Assembly: GCF_002105155.1 (NCBI RefSeq)
Contig: NW_019028980.1
Coordinates: forward strand, 1,674,001 to 1,738,000
Direction: 5' to 3'
Length of the DNA stretch: 64,000 bases
From: Lobosporangium transversale
Taxonomy: Eukaryota
Shown here: piece after piece, positions 48,661-60,329 of the stretch
How positions within the stretch are numbered: position 1 is the first letter of the stretch
Layout: every line of letters begins with the position of its first letter
Program-made: the position numbers and the translations under genes
The notes under the pieces: generated by a model
The model's input: the letters and a program-made list of their open reading frames with translations, nothing else
What the model was told of the DNA's origin: nothing
Database searches by the model: none

Positions 48661-50122
48661 ATGCCCATGAAATTTACTGAAAACGAGCTTCAGGCATTTC
48701 GCCTCGTCAACTTGGACGGGTCAAAAAGCTCAGTACCGCATATCCAATATATTGAGGCTCGATTCGACCGCCAGACTCAACAGCACCTCATCTTCTGGAG
48801 CGATATTACATCTGCTTATAAAGATGCAGTCCATATAAAGAAAGGAATCGTAACCTTATCCTTTCTCATGGACGACAACTATGAATAGTGAGAATAATGA
48901 CAATAGTATATGACCATCAAGGTCGCTTCTCATATTCTGGTATTAATCGCTTTGATGATGGATATTATTTGATGAAAACTATACCATTTTAATACCCTAA
49001 CGATAGTATAAAACCGCTTCGAATCCGCGCAGAACTTTGCAGCACACTGGACATAGTTATTTCTCCTCAAGGAGGTGATTCAAGTGAGCTGTATCCGGCA
49101 TCAACAATGAAGCAAGGAGCAAAAAAGGAAAAAAACTACCGCAGCAGAGCCGTGTCAAACGACCATTTCTAGTCCTGCCAAAATTGGTGACAGTGATAAT
49201 CGCAAATGCCTCCAGGCAGAGATAAATGCTACTCTATTTGGAAAACAGGGTGGTCCAACCTCTTCACCAGTAGCTGAGATCCATTCAGAGGCCATTCCAA
49301 GTTATGAAGCCACAATTTCGACAAGACCAGCTGTTGAGGAACTTGTAGAACCAGTGGCGGCATCGCTTCGTAGAGAGGTCCTACTAAGTGGCGCCGCTAC
49401 TCAAGCCAATCTAGCCGATACGTGCCTTGAGGCTGAAGGAGGCTCACCTGATTATCCAAAAGCTATTGATTGGTAGCTCAAGGCAGCCAAGCAAGGAAAC
49501 GCTGCAGCACAAAGTAATCTAGGCTACATGTACTACCATGGCAAAGGAGTCCTCAGTGCCTATCCGAAAGCCAGAGGTTGGTATCTCAGGGCAGCCGCTC
49601 ACGGCATCACCACCGCTCAGAATAACGTAGGCTATATATACTCTCTCGGAAAAGGAGTTGCACATGATTATCTTAAAGCTGTTGAATGGTATCAAAAAGC
49701 AGCCAACCAAGGAGATGCCACCGCTCAAAGTAACCTAGGTTACATGTACCTTGTGGGAAAAGGGGCTCCACAAGATTATTCAAAAGCCATCGACTGCTAC
49801 CTCAAGGCAGCCAACCAAGGAAATTCCGCTGCTCGGACTAACCTAGGCTATATGTACGAACACGGCAAAGGGTATCCACAGGACTACTCGAAAGCTATCG
49901 AGTGGTATCTCAAGGCAGCTGATCAAGGAAATGCCACCGCACAGACTAATCTAGGCAACATGTACCATCATGGTAGAGGAGTTTCACAGAACTATCCGAA
50001 AGCCTTTGATTGGTATCTCAAGGCAGCAGAGCAAGGATATGCTGATGCTCAGTTCTTTGTCGGCTCTATGTACCGAGATGGAAAGGGCATCCCTAAAGAC
50101 CATGATAAAGCAAAACAACAAT

Positions 50123-50124
<2 letters not shown>
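48661..50124 (+). pseudogene. SEL1-repeat pseudogene with N-terminal domain
   Basis: Exon 1 MPMKFTENELQAFRLVNL...FLMDDNYE with splice sites intact. Frameshift in the A-run near 49120-49136 and a TAT>TAG stop at 49474-49476. About 6 SEL1 repeats. Confidence 0.85.
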
Positions 50125-50156
<32 letters not shown>

Positions 50157-51519
50157 AACGGAACAAATGCTGGACCTGTTCAAGCGTCCATGGCTCTTAG
50201 ATGTTTTTAATCTAAAGTGCTGCTAGGTATCGCACTTATTTATAATTATGATAGAAAATTGGTATTCACTATCGTTCACTTGCCTTGATGATCAAACTAA
50301 TGACCATTGCAACTATTCCTTCAACCATAAGGTATAAGACCATTAGGTCGAGAAAGCAACAAAGCCTTACGTAAAGTCATACAAGTCCTGTTTTTCCATT
50401 TCCTCTATTCTGCGCGATTTGGATTTATGAATTCTAGGAAAAAAAAAAAAAAAAAATACTCGGCATTTTATTATAGTCCCAAGCTTTGTTGCCCAACTGA
50501 AAATTATTGCTATGCTTTCAAATGTGTAAAGTTAGCCTTTTAGGTAATTTACTCTCTTTATTAAAGTTGATGGATGGACTCCTTGTTTATCGTGAAATGC
50601 ATCCAACATTGTATACCTTGAGTGTCCCTTCAAGTCCTCTAAGGATAGATGTTTAGGCTTTGAGAGTGCAAATTGCACATTTCTACTGCCTCTTAAAACT
50701 ATATGCCTTATATCAATATGATACTTCTGATAGATCTCTGCTCTGCCATCTGCATCCGATGTAATTACTTCACCCAAAGCAGTTGCTCTAGGCGTCTCTT
50801 GCTTTCTGTATCTGTTTTGTCTCTCATGGTGAGTATGGTAGAGGGCACGCTCTCCAGATACTGGGCCTTACCATGGACAAAAGTTTGAGAGAATTTTTCA
50901 GACTGAGGACTGGAATGAATCATCCCTTCAATAAAACCTTCATTAGAAGCATGTTATTCGTTTCACTCGCTGCTTTAAGCTTTGGGGTTAACATATACTC
51001 AGGCCCATGCGACAACGATGGCGATGGTGCGGCTGCTGTTGTAGTAAGGCTGGTTATCCTAGTGCCGGGATATTTAGGGTTTACTGTTCTTAACATGGAT
51101 TGCGAAGCCGGCCACTTCCGGCTACTGTGATAATAAAATAAATGCACATACATACGAAAGCAGTAATATCGGCGAAAGTTATCAAGCACTCGACTTGACT
51201 CGTGCGGCTATACGTGAGGAAACATCACGCTAATTGCGGATGATTTGAAGATTTTTCACCCCAATGGGCCTCTTGCTGCTTGGGGTCTTACTTGCTTTTT
51301 AGAATAGTCAAGACAGTGGTTTACTTATTTATTCGTCCGTTAGCTGCGCGTGTTTTGTTTTTACTTTCGCTGTTCGTCTCGAAATAGCGCGTACGAGGAA
51401 AAAAGGAGAGTAGCGAAGAGGGGACGTGCCATTTTTTCTTATACATGGACTTTGCGACAACCTTCGGTTCTCTCTTCTTTCTCTTACTTTTGCCATCCTC
51501 CCATATAAAACCACGATCA

Positions 51520-53051
51520 ATGACAATGACATCCACTGAAAAAAAGTTCCAGGCATTTCGCCTCGCCACCTCGAATGGGTCAACTCTAACATCAGATATC
51601 CAATTTATTGAGGCTCGGTTTAACCATAGGACGCAGCAGTACATCATCCTGTGGAGCGATGTTGTATCTGCTTATAGAGATGCAATTCATATAAAAGATG
51701 GAAAGGTAATCCTTTCCTTTCTCGCGGACGATAAGTTTAACTAGTAAGAATAATAACAATTAAGCGCTACGATCGCCCCTCACATTGTGACATGACATTA
51801 ACCGTTCTGATGTTGATGATATTTGATGCAACTCAACCATTTCAATATTGTAAAACTGCATGTAGTATAAAACCTCTTCAAATCCGTGCAGAAGTTAACA
51901 CCATACTGAATATAGTTATATCCCAGGCAGGTAATTCAAGAGAACCATACCCAGATCCAGCAATAACTCAAGGAGTAATAAAGGGAAAAGCAGCTGCAGC
52001 ATATATGTGTGAAGTGACCAATCTTAGTTCTGTCTAAATAGATTACAGCTATGACTGCAAAGGCCTCAAGACAGAGGCGAACGCTCTATTCGAAGAACAG
52101 GATGCCACGCCTTCCTCAACAGTTGCTGGACGCCACTCAGAGACTGCTCCAAGTTATGAGTCTGCGATTTCAACACTATCAATTGTTACAGAGAGTGCAG
52201 AGTCGATAGCAGCGCCGCATGGTTGGGAGGCTCGGCGAGATCCCGCTACTCAACCCAGAGGTGGCTCACCGGATTATTCGAAAGCTAAAGACTGGTATCT
52301 AAAGGCTGCCGCCCAAGGAAATGCCGCCGCTCAAAGTAGTCTAGGCTACATGTACTACTATGGTAATGGGGTCCCACAGAGCTACCAAAATGCTCGCGAA
52401 TGGTATCGCCGTGCAGCCAGTCAAGGATATGCTGAGGCTCAGACCGCTCTAGCCTTCATATACGAACAGGGTAAAGGAGTTATACAGAGCTATCGGGATG
52501 CTGTCACCTGGTATCTCAAAGCAGCCGACCAAGGAAATGCCACCGCTCAGAATAATCTAGGCTACATGTACTCTCATGCCGAAGGAGTTTTGCAGGACTA
52601 TCCAACAGCTGTCAATTGGTATTCCAAGGCAGCTAATCAAGGAGATGCCACCGCTCAGGGCAACCTAGGCTATATGTACCTTGAGGCCAAAGGGGTTCCA
52701 CAGGATTATTCGAAAGCCATTGAGTGGTTTCTCAAGGCATCCAACCAAGGAAATACCTGTGCTCAGACTAGTCTAGGCCACATGTACGAACATGGCAATG
52801 GATTTGCACAGAACTATTCGAAAGCTATCGAGTGGTATCTCAAGGCATCCAACCAAGGGAATGCCTCTGCCCAGAATAACCTGGGCAACTTGTATTCTCA
52901 GGGAAAAGGAACTTCACAGGATTATTCGGAAGCCTTTGGTTGGTATCTCAAGGAAGCTGACCAAGGATATGCTGATGCTCAGTTCACTATTGGTTCCATG
53001 TATCGAGATGGAAAGGGTGTCCCTGAAAATAATAATAAGCCAAAGAAATAA
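51520..53051 (+). pseudogene. SEL1-repeat gene with one in-frame nonsense codon
   Basis: Exons 51520-51743 and 51866-53051. The frame is continuous except for TAA at 52035-52037. Contains APSYESAIS and about 7 SEL1 repeats. Confidence 0.8.
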
Positions 53052-53684
53052 TAGTAAAGAAGTTGCAGAGTAAGTTGATGCTGATGCCAAGTAAAGTTGG
53101 GCCAGTTCAAGCACTCACGGCTCTTGAATGTATTGAATTTAAAGCGCTGTTAAGCACACCATCATTTTCAGAGCAACGTCAGATTTTAATATCCATTACT
53201 GTCCGTTTGTCTTGATGATCAAACAATGACCATTGTAACTATGAGGCCGCTAGGTCTAGAAAGCGACAACAACTCATGGAAAGGCTACTTTCCTTCATCT
53301 TGTGCGATTTGAATACGATGGCATGCCTATTGGTTATGCATTTGCATGACAAAATTAAAAACAGAGTGAACAATTGAGCGTGGACCGCGTCCAACGTCAT
53401 GTTAACTACTTTAAAGAACCAATTACTAAAATCGCTCAATCGGGTCGTTATGACCTTTTTTTGCAGCATCAGCTCAAGAACGTAGCCCAAGGAGATTTTG
53501 AATAACAACAATGCGTTTCGTAAAATTTAATGCCTTTTTAATTTTACGGCAACAGACAGACTATCCGTGCTATAATTGTTCGTACAAAGGGTTGTGTGCT
53601 GTTATAAGCTCTAATATTGCTACTGCCCTTGCACTCCTAATCCTTCTCCCTTCTTTGTGCACTCGTAAACTCGCAATTCTTTTT

Positions 53685-54657
53685 TCACTTGACTAAGTCA
53701 GCAAGCTTTTGTGCAACCTCTTTTTCACTCAGTCCATCCAAGAGAACTTTCTTCTCCTGGCCGTGCTCTAATGAAGAAAAAAGAAGAAAAGTCCGTGTGC
53801 ATATTTAGTTTTATGAATCATTATAACTGATTTTGAACGACTCCACATACGGTGAAACATTGTAAGTTCATTAAATGAGCTAAATGGGCTAAATGGGCTA
53901 AATGGGTTTATGTTTCCCTTCATTGATCCAAAATTCTAGAGTAAAAAAAAAAGGATGGCGAGCAAGTTGCCTCGGATCAAATACTCTTCATCTATCGAAT
54001 GTTTGTTTCTCCAACTGTCCTGTCCTGTCCTGTCCTGTCCTGTCATATCCTGTTCTATTCCTGTGTATTTTCTTTTTTTTTTTTTTTTTTTTTTTTTTCA
54101 TAAAGACGTTTTGTAAATGATATACTAAATTAAAAATTAATTTGATCAAATTACCGAAGCGAGCAAAGATCTTGGCCTCTGTACCCTTGGCCTCACGAAT
54201 AAGAATAGGGAGATTAGGATTGGCAGCTTTGACAGCATTGTAGTTAGAGGCAACAAATTGCCTACAAATTGATAAAAAAAAAGACATTTTTTTCGAATCG
54301 ACTTCAGTACTTTTTCTTTTTTTTTTTTCTTTTTCTTTTTTTTTCGGAAGCTTATGGCGAGTTATCCATGATTAAACCATGTCGACGAATTATTATAAGA
54401 AAGTTCCCATAACTAATCAATAGATTGATGATCTCCACCTCTAATCCTTTAGACTAGACTTGATTCCGGCACTGTCCTGATTAGTCAAGAGTCCGGAATA
54501 ACCTCCTTTTCTTTCCTCTGAGCTGTTGTTTCTCTATCCTAATGCCCTGCATTAAACTAAATCAGAGATGCAAATTTTTGAAGGTAACTTCGGGATCCAT
54601 TCTTTTTTTTTGTTCCTTCCTCTTTGTAAGGTCGGATCCGACCTCCTCTAATAAAGG

Positions 54658-54692
<35 letters not shown>

Positions 54693-54788
54693 AAGGTGGG
54701 CATTAATTTACCTGAGCCCATTGCTGGCAGGTGATGTCTGACACAGGTGAACACGAAGTTCCTTGAGGCTTTTTGTGAAGGCAGACAT
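53685..54788 (-). CDS. NDUFA2: NADH:ubiquinone oxidoreductase subunit B8/NDUFA2 (3 exons)
   Basis: Exons 54788-54712, 54261-54155 and 53767-53685 give MSAFTKSLKELRVHLCQTSPASNGLRQFVASNYNAVKAANPNLPILIREAKGTEAKIFARFEHGQEKKVLLDGLSEKEVAQKLADLVK. Confidence 0.92.
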
Positions 54789-56771
54789 TTGATTATGAGA
54801 AAATAGAAGGAGTGTGAATGTGTGATGAGCGAGAAATCTGAGGAGCTCGGGGTAAATCCTAAGGAATCCGTAGATTTGTATCTGAAACTACGTCACACGG
54901 TGGTTACTAACCACGTGATTAGTAAACCAGGCTCCTGTGTGTGAGGAAAAAAAAAAAAAAAAAAAAAAAAAAATGGTCAAAGCGGAAACAAATGGATACC
55001 TAAGGTGTTGTACTCGATTGTGATCATCGTTGTACTCGGTTGTGATCATCGTTGTCCTCGCAAGGGCCCCGTAAAAATTAACTCATTCAATATTGACTAA
55101 TATGAACAAAAACCACATCCAATAAAGCAAATCTTCCTTCAGCTCATCATTGAGAAATAAGCCAACACGGCATCTTTAAGACTACTACTTGTCCACCATT
55201 GCTTCTACCATCAACTTTGATGTCTGTCCCTATGCCTTTTTTTTTTTAATGTATGAGTTAGCATATAATTCGAAGCTGGAGTGTAGGTGCTATGAGCTCA
55301 AGAGGAAAGAAGAATAAAGAATGTTGGATCACTGCATGGTATATTTATATGGAACATTACACACAAACCCCCTTTTTGCGTGCTGCAGCTGTAATCTGTG
55401 CGACTAAAATAGGTGTGGCGCTTTTGCATGGGCTTCTGGAGGCAAAACAGAGCTATTTAATGGAAGAGCTACAACTCATTTTAAAAAAATAACCAACATG
55501 CACAGGAATCATCCAGGGACGATATGCAGCTTTTTTTAATATGCGAGTATGCGAGCAAACGGTTATTCAGGATGCTCTTTGTAACGATGCCAACGCTCTC
55601 TTGCTTATCATGATCTTCCTACTTTTTTTATTTTGCATCAGGCACTTTATTCTTATCGAACAGCAGTAATATCCATAGCAATCTCTTAATTATTCACAAA
55701 TGCATCCTACAACACGACGAAGATCCTCGCTCCTGATCGAAAAGACAGACACACATATCGAAGCTTCCTCCATCCGCTTAGATGGGCAAATAAGATGTAA
55801 AGCTTTTTTTTTCCTTCTTTCGTTGCCTCCTGATTTTCTTTTTTACCTGCGCACTGATAATAAAAGAAGGACTGTGGTTTACAGAAAAGTTCCTCATGGC
55901 CTTTCCGTTGAATGCTCTCCTCTTCGTGTTCTGCCATTCCACCTTTCCTTTTTCCCTCCCTCTCTCTCTCCTCCTCTTTCTCTTTCTCTCTCTACCCCTT
56001 CTCATTTCATCGATCTGGCATCGCTAGAGGTAGGGCTGGGTAAAATATTTCTACTCCTTCCTTTTTTTTCATCATCATCCTTGCCTTCTTTCCTCATCTC
56101 CTTCAATATATATAACCGCGCGCGGAATATGTTTATAGGGGAGACAGAAATCGAGAAAGAGAAGAGCTCATGGATATAGGACGAGAGCGAACCAAAGCAG
56201 GTCGGGTAGACTAGCCCCCCGATACAACCATGCAGTCATGTCGCTCCAATCTGTGCTCTTTTCTTTTTTTTTTGCTTTTTTTCTTTCTTTCTTTCTTTCT
56301 TTCATTTCCGTATGGTTTATCACCCTAACCCTTTCCCTCTTCCTTGCTACATCCATGCTCTAGCTAAAGCATTACTTCGCTTTTTATCCTGATCTTTAGG
56401 GTGCCTTTTTCTTCAGTCGACCGTCGACTACACTTGTATTTGTATACCCCTAACTCGGCTATCCTCAATCACTCCTTGTACTTTTATGCCCTCTCCATCT
56501 AATACCAAAACCATTTTTCCCTTTCTCGCCCACCAAGCCGCAATACGGAGAATATCATTAAAACTCTTCGTACACCTCAACCTTGAACCTTGGAACGCCC
56601 ATTTTCTTTTTTATTTCATCAGATTTTACCACCAACTGTTCCCCTCGTGTCAGGTACGAGATGATATGAAGGCCTTCACTGGATAAGATACATCAGTTGC
56701 AGTCATTCATTTGCTAAATGCAGGTCCCACCCTCTTTTTTTTTTTTGCTGTTGTTGTTGTTTTTCACAGCC

Positions 56772-59700
56772 ATGTCGCTTCAACGTTTTAGATCCAATTC
56801 TTCGTCCTTAGTATTAGATGCTCCGTCATCGCCCACCTCCTTCTCGTCCAACGTCCCCCAACTAGACGACATATCTATCCTAACTCGATGCGAGCCCATT
56901 AATGTACCACTGCCCTCTTCACCAAACTGGTCACACGAGAGACTGTTCCAAGACCCTAGTCCTTTATCTAATAGCTCACGGCTATCCTTGTCCCCAATGG
57001 TTGGTGCAGCCGGAGTCATGAAAAAGCTACTAAAGATGCGGCGAGGCTATACCAATAGTACTGGCGGGATAGGTGTGGGGCTAGCAGGTGCTCCATTGAG
57101 CCCAACGGCAATGCCATCTTTTGTTATTGTTGGTGGCCAGGGCGCGATGGCTGCAGGCTCTACGGTTTATGATGTTGATCTATTTCAGTCCCTCCCTCCT
57201 TCACCCCGCCATCCTCCTTTCATGGCGGCCTTGAGCGCAACTCATAGCTCCATAAGTCCCTCTAGCCCTAAGAGCCCCACATTCCCTCACTTTATGCTCA
57301 CACGTTTCACTGGGCGCGACCATCGCCCACCACCTATGCAAATATCGAGTCCTCTTATGACGCCCATACGAAGTCGGTCCCCTCTAGGTTTAAGTGGCAG
57401 TGACTCCATTCATGAGCCCCCAGCTATATTACCCACGAGAAATAACAGAAAGAAGTTGAACAGGCGATCACTTTCTGCAGATAGTCTGTGGGCAGCAAAA
57501 GGTCAAAGACCTCCTATGGAGCGCAGCATTGGTTCGGATGGTTCTATCGAGAGGGCTTCTCGCCAATGGAAAGGCCGCATATTGGAAGCAATAGCCGATG
57601 ATGACGATGGTGATGGTGATAGCAAGCAGAGTGTCGAAAGTGGCTTATTGTCAGCACAGACTCGCCATAAAAAGCAGCTGCAGGATCAAAATGATCCTGA
57701 GCTTGATTTCTATAAAAATCCTGTAGACTTTTTAAAAATGCACCATAATCTCAATACAATCCCAGAAATCTGGCCCAGCAGAAGTAAGCGGGAATCGAGT
57801 GTTCCATTCAGGCGCCAAAGTGAATCTTCTTTATTAAGTAGGGTCCTTGAAATGAAAAACAACCATTCTGAAACTCTCAGTACCAAGGATCTTGTACCAG
57901 ACTCTACTCAAGGGGACGACGACGAAGTAAACCCTTTTGGTCCAGGTAGCTGTTGGAAAGATTTAGATCCCTCTTCATGTCCTACAGAGTTGGATGTAGA
58001 TGCTGAGTATCGCTCTCTTCTTTCCTCAGTCGACATCATGCTGGTCCCAACAATCTCATCACCGACCAAGTTTTACGATTGTCCCAAGAGTCGACAACTG
58101 GTCAGGACCTACCTGACGGCTGGAGAACGTGAATTCGATGAGGTGGTCGAATATGGGTTCCCATCCAATGCCGTTATTGAGGATAGAGATGGGAGGGTCA
58201 AGGATTGCAGATTCCTTACCCTGAGGCTTACTTTGACTCCTTGGCATGCACGAGCAGATGAATCCAAGCTCTACGGCCCAGGAGATGCTGAGAAACACAT
58301 GGCACTCAAGGAGTTGGTTAACAGATTTTTTTTAAGGACATCATCATTATTGTCTTCTTCCCCGCCTCGTGCAACATCTGACCAAAAACACCCTACTGGA
58401 AAGGGACGCAAGTCCCCTGCACTAACGTTATCAGACAACTCCAACTCACATTCACAACCAACTATGCATTCAGCTGCACCTAACCATGCTCGTTCGACAC
58501 AGGAAGTGCATCCATTCGACAACATACACACAGCGTCTCCGTCTTTGTCTCTATCCTTGTCTTCGCCCTTATCTTTATCTTTTCCCTCGTCCATGTCAAC
58601 GGTGAACCATACAGAAGAGCCTGAATCAAACCCTTTGTCTCCAACAACCCCAACTGCATACAGTGGAAAGCAAACTATGAGCAGTTCACCACCCAAGAAT
58701 ACTGTTAGGAACAGGACCACATCTATGCCTCGAAAAGACAAAGGATTCCGTATTCTAGACCCTTCTGCCTCACCAACAATCCGAAGCGTGCGGTCAACAG
58801 GGCTTTTGAGTAACAGAGATCCAGCAGAGCTCTACTGCACCTCACCCCCTTCAACCCCTTCTCCGACTTCACCAAAGTATGGCGGATACATTCATTTACT
58901 CCAACAACCGCTTACACCTCCACGGAAGGGCTCTCTCTCTGCCTTTTCTCTCCCTTTAAATATAAATGCATCCAATCATTTGAATGCAGTGCCAGCAACA
59001 GCTACAGCGACCCTTGCGCATGAAGACTACCAGACTGCACTTGCCCCCGTTATCCCGCCGCGCCGCAAAGCCTCCTCACCCACCATTCTATCAAATGAGG
59101 CTGAAATACATCAACATCGTCCTTTAAAGGTCGATGCAGTCCCTGTTCGTGTAGGATCTGCACGGTCTAGAACGGCCCCTGCGCTCTTTACCACTGCAGC
59201 AGTAAAAGCGAATGCAACACAATCCCAATCACCATCGCACGCACATTTTCGATCTCTACAGGCGGTTACTACTACCAATACTACTGGAACTACTGCATCA
59301 GTAACGACAGGAACAACGACTCTTCCAATCCCTATTCCTGGGGCGAGAAATAGTGTTAGGGCTAGTACCAGCACTATTGGCAGATATCCTCATCAGCAAT
59401 TATTTATAAATGGAATGGTAGATGTGGATAGGCATAATTCATCTGTGACTACGACTTCAACTACGGGTTCAAGGATCCCAAGAGCATCCTCAAAAAAGAG
59501 GTTGAATCGCTCAGCGAGCAGTGCAAACAATATCAAGAGCACAATGGAGGTTGCTACTCGACGACCTATTATAATGTCAACTTCAACTTTAACTTCATCC
59601 GCAGCATCATCTCCAACGTCTATATCCACATCTACATCCCCACAGGGGTATGAGAATCCTCTAGTGACATCTAAAAAGATAAGAACAAGGACAAACTCAA

Positions 59701-59933
59701 ATTCGAACACAAACATACAAACAAGAACAAGAACAAGAATCAGAACATCATCACAAGAGTGCAGTGCTGCTTCATCCATCCATCCTCTTCACACGAATAA
59801 TGATCATAATATTAATAATAATAAGAAAAATAATAATAGCAACAGCAACAGCCATGTCAATGCTGCTCCAGATGCACATCATCATCTATGTATTCAACGA
59901 ACTCAGTATATCCCAACTGTCAGTACTCATTGA
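56772..59933 (+). CDS. Large Ser/Pro/Thr-rich, mostly disordered hypothetical protein
   Basis: ORF of over 1050 codons. ATG 56772 directly follows a polypyrimidine-CAG acceptor, suggesting a 5'UTR intron. One globular-looking core: VRTYL...FDEVVEYGFP...LTLRLTLTPWHARADESKLYG. Confidence 0.75.
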   Translation: MSLQRFRSNSSSLVLDAPSSPTSFSSNVPQLDDISILTRCEPINVPLPSSPNWSHERLFQDPSPLSNSSRLSLSPMVGAAGVMKKLLKMRRGYTNSTGGIGVGLAGAPLSPTAMPSFVIVGGQGAMAAGSTVYDVDLFQSLPPSPRHPPFMAALSATHSSISPSSPKSPTFPHFMLTRFTGRDHRPPPMQISSPLMTPIRSRSPLGLSGSDSIHEPPAILPTRNNRKKLNRRSLSADSLWAAKGQRPPMERSIGSDGSIERASRQWKGRILEAIADDDDGDGDSKQSVESGLLSAQTRHKKQLQDQNDPELDFYKNPVDFLKMHHNLNTIPEIWPSRSKRESSVPFRRQSESSLLSRVLEMKNNHSETLSTKDLVPDSTQGDDDEVNPFGPGSCWKDLDPSSCPTELDVDAEYRSLLSSVDIMLVPTISSPTKFYDCPKSRQLVRTYLTAGEREFDEVVEYGFPSNAVIEDRDGRVKDCRFLTLRLTLTPWHARADESKLYGPGDAEKHMALKELVNRFFLRTSSLLSSSPPRATSDQKHPTGKGRKSPALTLSDNSNSHSQPTMHSAAPNHARSTQEVHPFDNIHTASPSLSLSLSSPLSLSFPSSMSTVNHTEEPESNPLSPTTPTAYSGKQTMSSSPPKNTVRNRTTSMPRKDKGFRILDPSASPTIRSVRSTGLLSNRDPAELYCTSPPSTPSPTSPKYGGYIHLLQQPLTPPRKGSLSAFSLPLNINASNHLNAVPATATATLAHEDYQTALAPVIPPRRKASSPTILSNEAEIHQHRPLKVDAVPVRVGSARSRTAPALFTTAAVKANATQSQSPSHAHFRSLQAVTTTNTTGTTASVTTGTTTLPIPIPGARNSVRASTSTIGRYPHQQLFINGMVDVDRHNSSVTTTSTTGSRIPRASSKKRLNRSASSANNIKSTMEVATRRPIIMSTSTLTSSAASSPTSISTSTSPQGYENPLVTSKKIRTRTNSNSNTNIQTRTRTRIRTSSQECSAASSIHPLHTNNDHNINNNKKNNNSNSNSHVNAAPDAHHHLCIQRTQYIPTVSTH

Positions 59934-60138
59934 CGCTAGACACTAGATACTAATGCTTTTTTAAAAAAAACCCCCCTGTAATGAATTCTCTTCAAATATT
60001 ATAAAAATAAATGTCCATTTATTCAACATAGAGTGATTGCCACTCGTGCTCGTTATAATCATAGAAGAGTAAATGGAGTATAAAATGCATGATGGATGGA
60101 ATCGTATGTTGGTCATACAAAACTGATGCAAAAGAAAG

Positions 60139-60210
60139 CTCTTTGGCCGGGAATTGAACCCGGGTCTTCCGCGTGACAGGCGGAGATACTGACCACTATA
60201 CTACCAAAGA
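60139..60210 (-). tRNA. tRNA-Asp(GTC)
   Basis: Minus strand TCTTTGGTAGTATAGTGGTCAGTATCTCCGCCTGTCACGCGGAAGACCCGGGTTCAATTCCCGGCCAAAGAG. 7-bp acceptor stem, anticodon arm TCCGC-CTGTCAC-GCGGA, GGTTCAATTCC T-arm and a downstream T-tract. Confidence 0.96.
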
Positions 60211-60329
60211 ATTTCTTGTTGGGAAGTCTTCAAATAAATACTACTTTAACTAGACGAATTAGTATTCTATAAGTGCATAAGGTAAATTTGTCACGTGGAT
60301 TCCTGAATATATGGAATGATCATGCAAAT

